A DNA stretch of 62,905 nucleotides, counting the filler, from Craspedostauros australis (lineage: Eukaryota): NCBI GenBank assembly GCA_030167865.1. It is 8 parts of 8 records of this genome, joined end to end, with 100 filler letters (N's around TTAATTAATTAA, not from the genome) between each part and the next. Parts side by side here need not be neighbours in the genome. Positions count along the whole stretch, not along the records: positions 20,415 to 45,971 come from JALAGF010004492.1; 7 more parts are not named here. One strand, 5' to 3'. Every line of letters begins with the position of its first letter. The stretch's first letter is position 1. Below are positions 32,904 through 44,628 of the stretch, one piece after another. The notes under the pieces were generated by a model, which was not told where the DNA came from, searched no databases, and was given only the letters and a program-made list of their open reading frames with translations. The position numbers and the translations under genes are program-made.

Positions 32904-34039
32904 TCATGTTTCCCGGAATGGAACTGGCGCGAGGAATCTCCACCCCGGCCGAAGTCGGATGACATCCTTGTCCTGGAACCGGTAATCCCTGAGGAAGTCC
33001 TCTGGCTTGGCCTCCTTGGAATGGCGTTCCGACATGCTCTGCGCGGCCTTGGCATCCTGCAACGCCATGGTGACGAGCCAAGCGCTGGGCGAGGTGGGAC
33101 CGGGATTCCGATCGTGGTACCCGATGGCGTACATGAAGGCGCCGAGCAGACCGAGGGTCGAGTGCGCTCGTTCGTAGCGCTTCTCCTTGGACAGCGTGAC
33201 CCACCGGTCGCGAAACTCCTGCAGGTTCTTGCGCACGATCTTCTCCATCGTCACATCCGCCTCCGTCTCTTCGTAGAGTGGATCGTTCCTGCGTTCGTTG
33301 GGATACGCGAGCGGCATCAGTATGACGGATCGGGATTGCGACACCTCCAGACGCTGCAGCAACGGCCTCGCGACGATGCCTTGGCCCGCCGTCGCCTCCA
33401 TTAGGAGCAGGTTGGATGGGTCCGATTCCTGTGCAGTGTTGCTGGCATATCCCGGAACAATGATGCCTATCCATTTGGAATGTGCAATGCAATGCAATGC
33501 AATGGTATTGTGTGGGATGACATGACATGCCATGAGATGAATGATGCAAGTGCATATGCGAGCACAAGTGCAAGTGCACATCAAGGCAAGGCAAGGCAAG
33601 TGGACATATCCCAACAAAGACAGCACATTGCACTACACACAGTGAAGCACACGGCAGTACGATACAGCGCAAACGCAACTCAATGTACGCACGTACCAAC
33701 ATGATCAAAGACGCCCTCCGAATTGGCCTTGTTGACATCGTGGGTGCAGAGGAATTTGCGCGCGAGGATGCACAGAATGGCCGATAGCGGCCCTGCCGAG
33801 CACAGCTCCCAACGTCGATCGAAGAGCAGGACGTCACCGGGACGGCAGCGCTCGATCATGAGGTCATCGACGGTCTGAACGTTGGGGACGCGGACCCGTG
33901 TGCGGACATCCTCCAAACGCTTGTTGCGCTCGTTGATGGACCAATTCCACCAGACGAAGACGGGAACGGAGGTTCCGACGACGCCGATCGCCATGTGACG
34001 CAGCACGCGCACGCGTTGGGGAGTGAAGATGCCGTTCAT
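32904..34039 (-). CDS. Permuted papain-like (NlpC/P60, YaeF/YiiX-like) protein with an N-terminal TM (exons 34039-33697, 33466-32904)
   Basis: RPGDVLLF...FDHVG|GII...LLMEAT; GTACGT..ATAG intron 33696-33467 restores DHVGIIVPG. Confidence 0.7.
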
Positions 34040-36025
34040 CCTCTGCTGCAGCTTCTATGACTGAACTAGTTGTGGAAATACGTGATGAAGTTGCCGATGA
34101 GCCATTCCACAAGTGCGAGCTATTGGTGTCGAGGTTGGTGCTGAGAGTGATGTCGAGGGTGATGGTCGAATGATGAAACCACCCAACTTGCAGATCGGAG
34201 AAGCACACACCACCACCAACAACAAGAGGATTCCACGATGAATCATGAATCGTGGATGATCCACGTTGGTTCGGTTTTGATGATGTGGATTTTCGTCATT
34301 CGTTCCATTTGCAAATAGTCGGTTCAATCAAACGGATGCGGTTTAATCGATCCGGTCGTACAAGTAAATGGCAGTGGTTTGATCTGTCCTTCCTCAGCTT
34401 GTTCATGAAGGTCACAGGAAGGAAAAGAAACTCGGACATCGAACGGAATGCGAAGCAAGACTGAGACATAATGATACAGCACAAAGAAGCACGCACAAAG
34501 CGAAGCCACAGGCCCAGCACGAAAGAGAACATGGGCGCGTTGGGAAGTTTCTCGTCTGCTCTCGCGAGGCGATGCCTCGGATGTTGCCGTTGGTTTCTTG
34601 TGATGTTCCGTTTGGGGCAGGCACATCACAAGGGAAGGAGGACTGCGAAAGTGCGCCAGTCCGCAGAGTAGAGCGGAGAAGAATACGGTGGAGCAGGCAG
34701 GGAGGTACGAGCTGTGGCTATACACGCACCTTCTCTACTGACTCCGCCCTCCAGATGTTTCTGTTGCTGTCGCGCTTTTGTCCATTGTTGGTGATGGTAG
34801 CTATTGTTGCGGCTGGTTTGTTGCCATGTTCGCTGCGATCGGCGATAATCCTCTTCCGCGTTGTTGTGGTTGTCCGCATTGTTGGTCGTGTTGGGCCTGT
34901 CCGCATTTGTCAGCGGTCATCACGATGATGGCATCCATGACGAAACGCGCTGAGCTTTTAGATCCTAGCTATCATTTAGCCACATGGGAGAAACTCAACT
35001 ATGCTCAATTCCCACAATTGACATTATTGAGGCACGGTAGTAACATTGCACACTTGAAGCGTCATTTCAATGTCTTTGGTATTTATGAGCGCTGCGCGAT
35101 ACAGTCATTTCACATGCGTCCATGAGAACCTGGATGTCTCGAAGATATCTGATCGTGGAACGGATGGGCTGGTACGGTCTTTACGGACAGCACGTGTTGT
35201 TTTCGCTTTTGTCGTTGCTTGCTTGTGTCAGAAGGACACAACGCTGTGCAAGCGTGACGCAGCGAAGCAAACTGCACTTCAACGTGACGAAAGCGCAAAC
35301 TTCCTGCAGAAAAGGCCGATGTGCGGCTACGGACAGAACGAAGGAGGAAAGGAGGAAAGCGGGAAGAGCCAACAAACAACGAGAAACTCGCATAGTGTTG
35401 TGCCACGGCTGTGCTGTGTTGTGGTATGCTTTCCAATGGAACATGTGGAAGAGGCGAGGAGCACATCGGCAACCGGCACGCAAAGGGAAAAGCGAGCCTG
35501 GATTCACCCACGTGCACAAAGACGCTGTTCCACTCTTCGTGTGGACCAGCGAATCGGATCGGTTGCGTGTATCTCCGCCTCAACACGCCACAAATCTGGC
35601 AATGCCAAACACACGTACTCCCACGATACTCCACAAGCATACGCACCCGTACCTGTAGGTCGTAACCACCGACTCCGACATCGACTCCAGAGACCATCGG
35701 CTCCACTTCTCCCCCTTGGATTCGCTTGGCGACTGTGTTTCTGCCTCTCTATTGGTACCTGTTATCACATCCGTACATTATTATAGGTCCTACATCGCAT
35801 TCTATTATACAAGCCACATCCAAGCACGCCAAAGCGCATCGAAGCGAGCACGCACATAGAGTCCTCTTTTGCAATCCTCGCACTCGTACCAGCCAAACCA
35901 ACCTTCGCCTCCTTGGGCAGGTCTGTCATCATTTGACGTCATAAAATCACAAACTGCACAACAACACATCTTCCAAGACGAGCACAGACAATCAACCCAA
36001 ACACTGTCCAGAAGAACAACCAACG

Positions 36026-36919
36026 ATGTCTTCCACACAGCCACAGCACCCAGGTCACCACCAACAACACCAACAGCAGCAGCAGCAGGTGTTGCAGAGC
36101 GAGAGCCAATCAACCGACCAAAACCCACTGCTCTTCGTGGACGAAGAAGCCATGGTTCCGTCCCAACTCCCGGCGTCAACAACAGTGGCGTCAACAGCAG
36201 AGACAACAGCGACTGACAAACAAGCACTGTCCTTCCCAATGCTGTGGTTTGCGTTGGGCGCCATCCTCGGCTTGACGGTCCAGTTCATCACTGTTGGCAC
36301 CCACGCCTACATCCTCTTACACCGTTCCAAGTCCACACCGTCGGCGCAATACCTCGATCCGTTCCTGCCTTCTCACATCGCCAGACACCATGACAACGGC
36401 CTCCGAACGATCGCGATGAACATCACCCACAACACCGACGCCAACCTTGACGTCGACGTGGAAGCATGGCGGTCCAACCCGCTGCTGCTGCTCGGCATGC
36501 ACATCGACTTTCTGTTCTACGGCACCATCTGGATCCTCTTCATCTGCACCATGACGAAGTGCGGTCGTAGACTTCTACCATCCTGCATGCGGTCCGTCTC
36601 GAAGGAGGCGCTCTTCTCCATCGGCTGCAACGTCCTCATCGGTTCTGTCGCTGGTTCGTTCGTCGCTTGGCTGTTGATGGATAGACAGTTCGGCCTCCCC
36701 CTACCCATGGGATCGATCATCTGTACCGTCTACATCGATTGTATACTCTGTTACCTCCTTGCCACCTGGGGCCGCGAGAGCATGGAGGATGAAGAGCAAT
36801 CGGAACAACACGAGCAACAACAGAAGCAGCAGCAACAGCAGCAACGCGGGCTAAACCACGACAGCGGCAAGGTCGATGATGGAGAAGGCTTGCATCTCAC
36901 AGCCGCCTGCATCGTGTAG
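36026..36919 (+). CDS. Four-TM membrane protein of unknown function (paralog 2)
   Basis: GLTVQFITVG, IDFLFYGTIW..TMT, GSFVAWLLMD, TVYIDCILCYL match paralog 1; polyQ tracts. Confidence 0.8.
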   Translation: MSSTQPQHPGHHQQHQQQQQQVLQSESQSTDQNPLLFVDEEAMVPSQLPASTTVASTAETTATDKQALSFPMLWFALGAILGLTVQFITVGTHAYILLHRSKSTPSAQYLDPFLPSHIARHHDNGLRTIAMNITHNTDANLDVDVEAWRSNPLLLLGMHIDFLFYGTIWILFICTMTKCGRRLLPSCMRSVSKEALFSIGCNVLIGSVAGSFVAWLLMDRQFGLPLPMGSIICTVYIDCILCYLLATWGRESMEDEEQSEQHEQQQKQQQQQQRGLNHDSGKVDDGEGLHLTAACIV

Positions 36920-38027
36920 ACCAAGGATGCTTTAGGAGTTCATGGCAGCTCCAAGCGTGCATCAACATCAACATCAGCAACAACTCATCCGTGCAATGCG
37001 CACCAACGAAACAAATGACGCCTTCTCTTTCTTCGGAACTTCAATTTTGGATTGCTCGGCGTCAACGAAAGAAGGCGAGCGCGTGTAGTCCATCGCCAAC
37101 TACAACCAACTACAACGACGACGCCGGCATTAGCAGCACTTCCACAGCACCCACTCTCCTTTGCAAACACAAACCCATACCCATGGCGATCAAACATAAT
37201 AGAACAACACAGCTAGAGTATCAATATGTAATAGAATAGAATACTGCTGCGATATGTATTACAACACAGGGCCTGTACACAATCGTGCACTCGGATAGGC
37301 AGCGTCGGTGATCGTGATCATCAGCAGGAGTACTACGAGATATTATCACGTACAATACGTACAATACGTACCTTCGTTCAACATGCTCTCTACTCGTAGT
37401 CGTGCCTCTCCCAGACCCATACTCTCCAAGCTACTCTTACGATTACGCATGGTTCAATAGGTAGAGCACGAGCTATGGGCACTGGCTCTGTTCTCCTCTC
37501 CTTGCGCAACGTCCAACCGAGTACTCAACACAAGCATCACCGTGGATCGATTACAGCAAGAGGTCGTACAAATGGCAATTGGAGGAGAGTAAGTACAGAC
37601 ATCCATCGAAATGGAGTGCCATGCCGTATGGTATTCTACCCTGCCTTTGAGTAGGGCACTCCAGCACAGGAGCAACAGAACTTGCGAGGTTGAATCGCAT
37701 CCCGATTGTGGCGCCAAAACGAATCTTCTCACTGGAGTTCGTGTAAATGTGTTTATTCTTGAATAACTCGTGTCTTGACAATTTCATGAATTAAGACATG
37801 CAATATACATTTACCGCAACTTTTCCATGATGTGCTCCAAGATGAGATGAGAACCCCTTTTCAACCATCGAACATCGCAAAGAGGAAAGCAATCCTCCTC
37901 GAGATTGTGGAGGACAATCATCCTGTCACCACAATCACATCACCAGTGTTGTGCTCCGTCATCATCATTCCCAAGACATCTTGCGAGGCGGCGCTTGTGG
38001 TGACAATCAGCGTAGCGTGAAACCGAG

Positions 38028-38154
38028 ATGGAGGCTGAGCCGGAACAACCGCTACAGCATCGTCGCATCGCGTTGGGTCGCGTCGACATCGATGCCTTGC
38101 TGAGCATCCGCAGCCATGTCTGTCCCAGTGCGGGGGACCATGCGCACCATGACA

Positions 38155-38188
<34 letters not shown>

Positions 38189-39890
38189 TTATTCCCACGT
38201 TGGAACGATCGCCGCCTTGATCGTGTTTCACGCATCGTGGAATGGATTGCCATCTCCCACGGCGGACATCGAGCAGAGCCTGGATTACCTGCTGCAGGGA
38301 GTGGATGCATCTTTCGGCAAAGCAGCGAACGAAGGCAGCGAGAGTGGCAGTGCCGTCTTCGCCACGGGCTTCTGCCAGGTGGATGCTTCGGACGCTAGTC
38401 TCGATGTGTTTTGCGATGATGTGGGTCCAAACACCAACGTGAACAACGTGGACAACGATGACTGCTTCGATGCCAGAAGGAGGCTCAAGTTGGCACCGAC
38501 TTCGCAGCTTCCCGACACCCTGCCATCGCTGGCATTGCTGATTGACCGTATTGTTCAGCCCAGGGGAAGCAATGAATCAGGTGGACACGCTTTGGCATCG
38601 CCATCGTCATTATCACCACCATCCGCAGTAAAAGCGCATCACAGCGCCCCTTCCTTCCACTTTCTCCAGTCGTTACCATCGCATGCCTTGCTGCGCATGT
38701 GGAAGCATCTGGGACCTCCCATGTCGCCATTCGAAAGGCATCACCTGCTTGCAGACGTCATGGAAGAAATTCAAAGCACCCTAGGTGCTCCCCAAACAAC
38801 AGCACCACCACCACTACCGCCATCATCAACGGTGCCAACATCGACGACGATAACACCGACACATTCCTCACTCGCCCACCAACGAGAGCCAAGCGATAGT
38901 CCAAAGAGGAAGTTGCTTCATCGAGAACCCACCGAATCGGCTGGACCCGCACGGTTGTTCATCGCTGGCGATCGCATGTCCGTCGGAAAGACCAGCGTAT
39001 GCCTCGGTCTGCTTGGTAGCCTCGTCAATGCTGGCTACGATCCGAGCACGTTGGCCTACATCAAGCCGGCCACGCAAAACGAAGATGAGCAGCTGGTCGC
39101 CAAATACTGCCGACGCGCTGGCATACACTGCGTGCCCATCGGCCCCATTGTGTACTACCGCGGATTCACGAGAGCGTTCCTGGCTGGGGAGACGGATTCG
39201 ACGCAGGTCTTGCTCAACAAAGTGTCCGAGGTCGTCGATCAGCTTGCGCAAGGCCACAAGCGCGTCATCATCATTGACGGTGTCGGTTTTCCCGCGGTCG
39301 GCTCGATCTGCGGCACGGACAATGCCACCGTCGCCCGGGCATGCGGAAGTCCAGTGGTTGGACCAGGAAGAGCAGCAGATCCAGCGAATGGAGCATCGGC
39401 AGCCACACGCCACCGCCAGCCACCGGGCGTCCTGCTGGTGGGAGGAGTTGGCGTGGGATCTGCCGTGGATTCGTACAATCTCAACAGGACCTACTTCGAG
39501 CAACGCGGCGTGCCTGTCGTCGGTGCCATCTTCAACAAGCTCCCGTTGGACGGATTCTACTCTCTGGAGAACTGCAGGGAGCAGGTGGGGCTTTACTTCG
39601 CGCAGAACCCCGACAAGGGCCGTCCATTTGGATTCGTCCCGCTCATGAAGAATATGTCGGTGGAAACCATCGACGAATACATCCGTCTGTTTGGTCAGCA
39701 CGTCGATGTTACCAAGATCATCGATGCGGCCGCCAAGGCATCGCAATCCAGCATCGGCGGAGAAGACGACGCGTCAGCCGTGAAAAGGCAAAGGATGATA
39801 GCTGCGGCCCATCCAACATCGTCCAAGGCCAGAAGCCGTGCCGAGATTGAACAAGGGGCAATCAAGGCCGGTGCCCAGCAGTCGGAATGA
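38028..39890 (+). CDS. P-loop NTPase of the dethiobiotin synthetase / phosphotransacetylase N-terminal (AAA_26) type with an N-terminal extension
   Basis: RLFIAGDRMSVGKTSVCLGL, YIKPATQ, IIIDGVG..GS..DNATVA, GAIFNK. Confidence 0.8.
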
Positions 39891-40557
39891 TCCAAGAAGA
39901 AGTGCTCCTAGGCGATGGTGCGAGTACCCACTGAACTCGTACCGCTGTACTATTACATGGATGGTACAATGCCATATCCGCTTGCCTGTACTGGCGGTGG
40001 AAGAACAGTGCGATCGACGAGCAGCATGCACGCATGCATGCACACTCGAGCGCGCAGTTCCAAAAAGGAGCACAGACCTGCCATACCGGCAACCAAGACT
40101 TGAGCTGAACAATTGAACGATTGTGAGGAGTACTCTGCTACAATACCATCCTTTATGGCATGTAGAGTGCTCGTGCACATGGCACACTCGAGCATAAATT
40201 CGTATGTGCATCAGATCTCGAACCGTAATGACGCCTTCCTTCTGCGAACAACCTGAATGGTGCCACTACCATACAGGAGGACTCGGAGAACGAAGACTGA
40301 GCAAGAGTAAGAGGGACCCCACGATGCGGATTGAACCCACAGACGCAAGCGTATGAGCCAAGCGTAGACTAATCATCGCTGGAGCTGATTTTGCATTGAG
40401 AAGAATGAGGCAGTGCCATAGCCTGTATTGTACAAGAGTACCTATGCTTGTAAATGCAATTTGTAGCTCGTAAATGCAGTACTATGATTCTCTCTGACTT
40501 CCATGATTCCCACCTCTCCGCATTATACCGTTAGCACGGCCGTCACGGGCCCACGTT

Positions 40558-43500
40558 TCAGGAACCCCAAAGCTTGTTCTTCATGGCCTCCGATGCCTTG
40601 ACTTTGCCGTTGGCGCCCCAAAGTCTGTACAATTTGATGGAATCCTTCATCTCTCTTCGCCCGTCGCAGCTGGCGTCAGCATCGCCAGCAGTGCCATCAG
40701 CGTGACACCTCGGGCCTCCCTTGGCGCTGCCGTTGCTCTTCGCATTGTTCACCTCCAACAGCAATGTTGCCAACCGTTCGCTGGCCAGCGCTTGATCATG
40801 CATGATGCCCTGCTGATTGGCCCATTGCACCGCTCTCCTGTAGGAAGCGATGGCTTTCTCCGCCTTCCCGTGACACCTCTCCTCCTCTGCCACCAACAGC
40901 TTCAAGTTGTGGGTGTAGTTCGGATTGAAAGTCTGCGTCCATCCCTTCAGCATCTTCTGGCACTTCCTGCCACCTCGAAGGTACCGCTGCCTTTTGCTTT
41001 TGCTTCGTCCTGACGTCTTGTCGGAGGCTGCGGCGTAGCAGCAGAACCCACCATAGAATGCGGCCATCGGTAGCATCGCAAGTCCAGCGAATTGGACGAC
41101 GATGTCATCCATCGCGCCCTCCACCAGGTCGGCGCCAACCTCGTATTCTCCAAAGTACGTTGCGCACATGAGCTTGTGGATTTTGAAAGAGACGAGCCTG
41201 GCTTTACCCATCTCTCCCAGGTCCTGGCCGAGGATCTCGTCTTCGTCGATCGCGTCGCCGATCAGCTTCGTGGTGTGATTCGACGTGCCCAAGAGATTCT
41301 GCACGGCCTGCCAGAAGATCTTCACAGCCATGAGCTGATGGTGTTGGCGGAAGTCATGCATGGTCCTGGAATAGGTGCCTACCTCCCAGTCGATCTTTGG
41401 CAGCGGCAGTCCTACAAAGAAGCCTTTCTGCAGGTAGTGGTAGATGGACCACATGGCGAACTCCACGGAGCCTGTCGACATGCCCACCTGGTAGGACTGA
41501 AGCAGGTTCTGCCGCACCTCCTCCAGCGGATTCATCCAGTGCCATGTCATGGAATTGACAATAAGCATGGTCTCCGCCTTGGTCGCCTGGTCGTCGACGG
41601 CATCCGACATGGCCAACGCGACGGATGCGATGTTCCGCGCGGACCGCACGTCACCGAGGAAGAAGCCGACGACCATGGCTTGATAGGCAAACGCCGGCGG
41701 TGATTGAGATGTGACGCCGAACTTTTGCGCGCGTCGGACTCTCTTGAAGGTGACCAACGGCATCAGGTCCGGGTCGGTGACGTACGCCACACTTGCGAGG
41801 CGATTGAGCGTGCCCATGATGGCGGTCTCGGTCTCGTCATTCAGTACGCGGATATCTTGCAACACGTCGCTTGCGTACCTGGAGGTGCCCATCTTGGTCC
41901 TCACCATGCCGCGGATGAGCGCCATGGTACGGCCGAATTTGCTTTTGGGGAAGTGGCAGCCCAGCTCTTCCAGCAGTGACAGGCACAATTGAAGGCAGGT
42001 GGATTTCTTCTGCTGAAGATCTCCTTTGCGATCACCGTTGCCGTCTGTGCCTTCGCCATTGCCCTTGTCGCTGTTACCCTTGTCGCCGTTGGTGTTGGCG
42101 CTGTCCGCGCCAATCCGATCGCCGCCGTTAGTCGCCTCTGCCTTCGTGAGTTCACTGGCCTGGTCAGACTCGACCTGGTTCATGGCAGATTCGGTCATCA
42201 AGGCCCCGATGAGGACATGGTACGCACGGATCTTCTTGAGGACGTCGCAATCCAATCTAATGATGATGCTGCAGTACTTCTCCATCAGCGCGATCTTTGG
42301 CACCAAGGACGCGCATTCAGCCGCCGAGGAGTAGATGTTGATGCTGAGCTGGAGATGTGATTTCCAATGATCCTTGGGAAGGAGCAGCATCGCATTCTGG
42401 AAGTACTGCAAGGCGGTGTCGAAGGAGGAGCATTCCGTCGATTGAGTGCCGGCCTTGTAGTTGAGCTCAACGATCTTCATCCTGCGATCGCCGGTCTTTT
42501 CATTGTGAATCAAATCCAGCCTCTTGTTGATGAGGTTGGTGATGAGGAAGTGCCTTCCCTTCTGCTCATCGGGCGTCAGGCTGGACAGGAGAACATCGCC
42601 GACCCTGTACTGGAACTCGTTTAGCCTGTCCGTGGCGATGAGCGACATCGCTGCTTCGCGCACCTTCTCGTGGATGAAGGAGTACTGCCTGCGCTTGGAG
42701 GATTTGCTCGACGCATCGGCCTTCTTGCTGCGCTTGCCTTGCTTGCGTTTGCCGCCAGCACGTCGCTTGGACGAGCCGTGGGCTTCCACCAAACCGGAGC
42801 GCTCGCAGATGCTGAGGCTGTCGTTGATCTGTTCTTCGGAGAGGAAGGTCGAGACTCCGAATAGTTCCTGGAAGAACTTGGAGTGGCTGGAGTGGATCAT
42901 CATGGTGCGGATGATGATGACCATGATCCACTTGGAGAAGGTGAATCCCAGGCAAGCCGCCACAGGCAAGATGAGCTTGGCCTCCTGCAGCCGTCTGACC
43001 TTGTCCTGCATCAGCTCGATGACGTTCAGCGTGGCGGACGATCGAGCCAGAATGGCGTCCTTGTCCCACGCCCAGCCCACCGTCGATTCCTTCTTGAACC
43101 TGAGCAGACCATCCTGTACCAAGGACTGGAGGTACTGCTGCACGAAGTAGGCGCTGCCGTTTGTCCTTCGGTACACGATCTGCGCGAGATCGGCAACTTC
43201 CTCGTCGGTGGTCTTGTGGAGGAGCTCCTTCAGCATCGTGGTGATGTTGTCCAGCGACATGTTCTCCAACGTGATGCTGATGACGTGGATGGAACGCTCC
43301 TGCCGGTACTTTTGCACGGTCTCCATCATGTTGACGAGGCTGCCGTTCTCCTCGAGCTGGTTCGATCGGTAGCAACAGACTATCATGAGCGAGCGGATCC
43401 TGACGTCCAGCAGCCACGACTGAATAAGATCCATCGAAGCCCTGTCGATCCACTGCACGTTGTCGATGGCCAGCACCAGCGGGCGGTAGTCGCAGACGAT

Positions 43501-44628
43501 CTGGAAGAATCTGGAGAAGACGAACAGCAGCCGGTCCGACTGCTCCCTGTATCCGGTCTCGACGGTCTTGTGCGTGCGAGTTCCGGCCTCTTTCCCTGCC
43601 TTGGTTTGCGATTGTGATTGCGTCGAGGACTTGTCCGACTTGTGTCCACCGGGGGCGGCATCATGACCGAACGAGGACTTCTTCAATATGCCGCGCGGTT
43701 GATCAGCCTGCTGCTGCTGCTCGTCTGGCGCAGTGATGAACTTGGAGAGCTTTGGGATGACGCCGCAGAGGATGGTGCGCTCTTCCTTGGTCATGCCAAG
43801 CCGCAGCGACTCCGCAAGCGTCGGCGCAGATGGAGGAGGTGTCTGTGGCTGCTCAGAGGTCTCGTTGATGATCGCGGGCCTCGCGATGTCTGATCCGTGC
43901 ATGTGCTCGCAAAGCTGGCGCATGATGTCCTTGATCGTGTAGTATGGCTCCTCGAGCTGCTGGTCTTCAAACTTGGAATAGACGAAGAGCGACTTTCCAC
44001 CCTCCTGCTCGATCTGCGAGCGGCAGTTCATGGCAAGGGCGGACTTGCCGCAGCCTGGCTCTCCCGAGATCCATGCCACAGTTCGAACAGGTCGATGCTG
44101 CGAGGTTCCCTTGAGTCGATCAGTCTCAGCGTTCGTGTTAGTGTTGGTGTTAGTGTCATTCTCGTGAAAAGAATCGGAAGGTGATGGGGTCGACCGGGGC
44201 GAATGGATCAATGGAGCCGACGCCGAAGACGAAGAGGTCACGGAGATTGATGCATCGTTGCTGATGCCATCGTTCTCCTCCGAACCCTTCCCAGGTGCTG
44301 CATCCAAGTTGGTGAGCTGCACCTGCATCTCCATGGACTGCCCATTGCTGTTGTCAATGTCAATGTCAATGCCATTGCTGCTGCTGTCGTCCATGGAGTT
44401 GATGCCATTCGCACTGTCAGAAGGCGCCAGTTGGCTCCGCGATCTGACGAGGCGCTTGATGGCCTGCCGCAGCTGGCGCTTTTCCTTCTCACGGCCAACG
44501 AAGCCCGCATTCTGGAAGTTCAGCTGGTCAGCCTGACTGGCGAACGTCGATTCATCATCGAACGTGAAGTCGTTCGATGTGGTTGATCTTGTTGGTACAC
44601 GGTCGGATGACAGACGGAGCAGCAGCAA
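40558..44628 (-). CDS. STAND-class AAA ATPase (AAA_16) with a helical/TPR-like C-terminus, resembling the core of Ser/Thr kinase-AAA-histidine kinase proteins; true start unresolved
   Basis: FVGREKE, GEPGCGKSAL, KFEDQQ..PY, LVLAIDNVQWID, RTNGSAYFV, AACLG, YSFIHEKVREAA, HDQALASERLA. Confidence 0.85.
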   Translation of the reverse strand: MLLLRLSSDRVPTRSTTSNDFTFDDESTFASQADQLNFQNAGFVGREKEKRQLRQAIKRLVRSRSQLAPSDSANGINSMDDSSSNGIDIDIDNSNGQSMEMQVQLTNLDAAPGKGSEENDGISNDASISVTSSSSASAPLIHSPRSTPSPSDSFHENDTNTNTNTNAETDRLKGTSQHRPVRTVAWISGEPGCGKSALAMNCRSQIEQEGGKSLFVYSKFEDQQLEEPYYTIKDIMRQLCEHMHGSDIARPAIINETSEQPQTPPPSAPTLAESLRLGMTKEERTILCGVIPKLSKFITAPDEQQQQADQPRGILKKSSFGHDAAPGGHKSDKSSTQSQSQTKAGKEAGTRTHKTVETGYREQSDRLLFVFSRFFQIVCDYRPLVLAIDNVQWIDRASMDLIQSWLLDVRIRSLMIVCCYRSNQLEENGSLVNMMETVQKYRQERSIHVISITLENMSLDNITTMLKELLHKTTDEEVADLAQIVYRRTNGSAYFVQQYLQSLVQDGLLRFKKESTVGWAWDKDAILARSSATLNVIELMQDKVRRLQEAKLILPVAACLGFTFSKWIMVIIIRTMMIHSSHSKFFQELFGVSTFLSEEQINDSLSICERSGLVEAHGSSKRRAGGKRKQGKRSKKADASSKSSKRRQYSFIHEKVREAAMSLIATDRLNEFQYRVGDVLLSSLTPDEQKGRHFLITNLINKRLDLIHNEKTGDRRMKIVELNYKAGTQSTECSSFDTALQYFQNAMLLLPKDHWKSHLQLSINIYSSAAECASLVPKIALMEKYCSIIIRLDCDVLKKIRAYHVLIGALMTESAMNQVESDQASELTKAEATNGGDRIGADSANTNGDKGNSDKGNGEGTDGNGDRKGDLQQKKSTCLQLCLSLLEELGCHFPKSKFGRTMALIRGMVRTKMGTSRYASDVLQDIRVLNDETETAIMGTLNRLASVAYVTDPDLMPLVTFKRVRRAQKFGVTSQSPPAFAYQAMVVGFFLGDVRSARNIASVALAMSDAVDDQATKAETMLIVNSMTWHWMNPLEEVRQNLLQSYQVGMSTGSVEFAMWSIYHYLQKGFFVGLPLPKIDWEVGTYSRTMHDFRQHHQLMAVKIFWQAVQNLLGTSNHTTKLIGDAIDEDEILGQDLGEMGKARLVSFKIHKLMCATYFGEYEVGADLVEGAMDDIVVQFAGLAMLPMAAFYGGFCCYAAASDKTSGRSKSKRQRYLRGGRKCQKMLKGWTQTFNPNYTHNLKLLVAEEERCHGKAEKAIASYRRAVQWANQQGIMHDQALASERLATLLLEVNNAKSNGSAKGGPRCHADGTAGDADASCDGRREMKDSIKLYRLWGANGKVKASEAMKNKLWGS

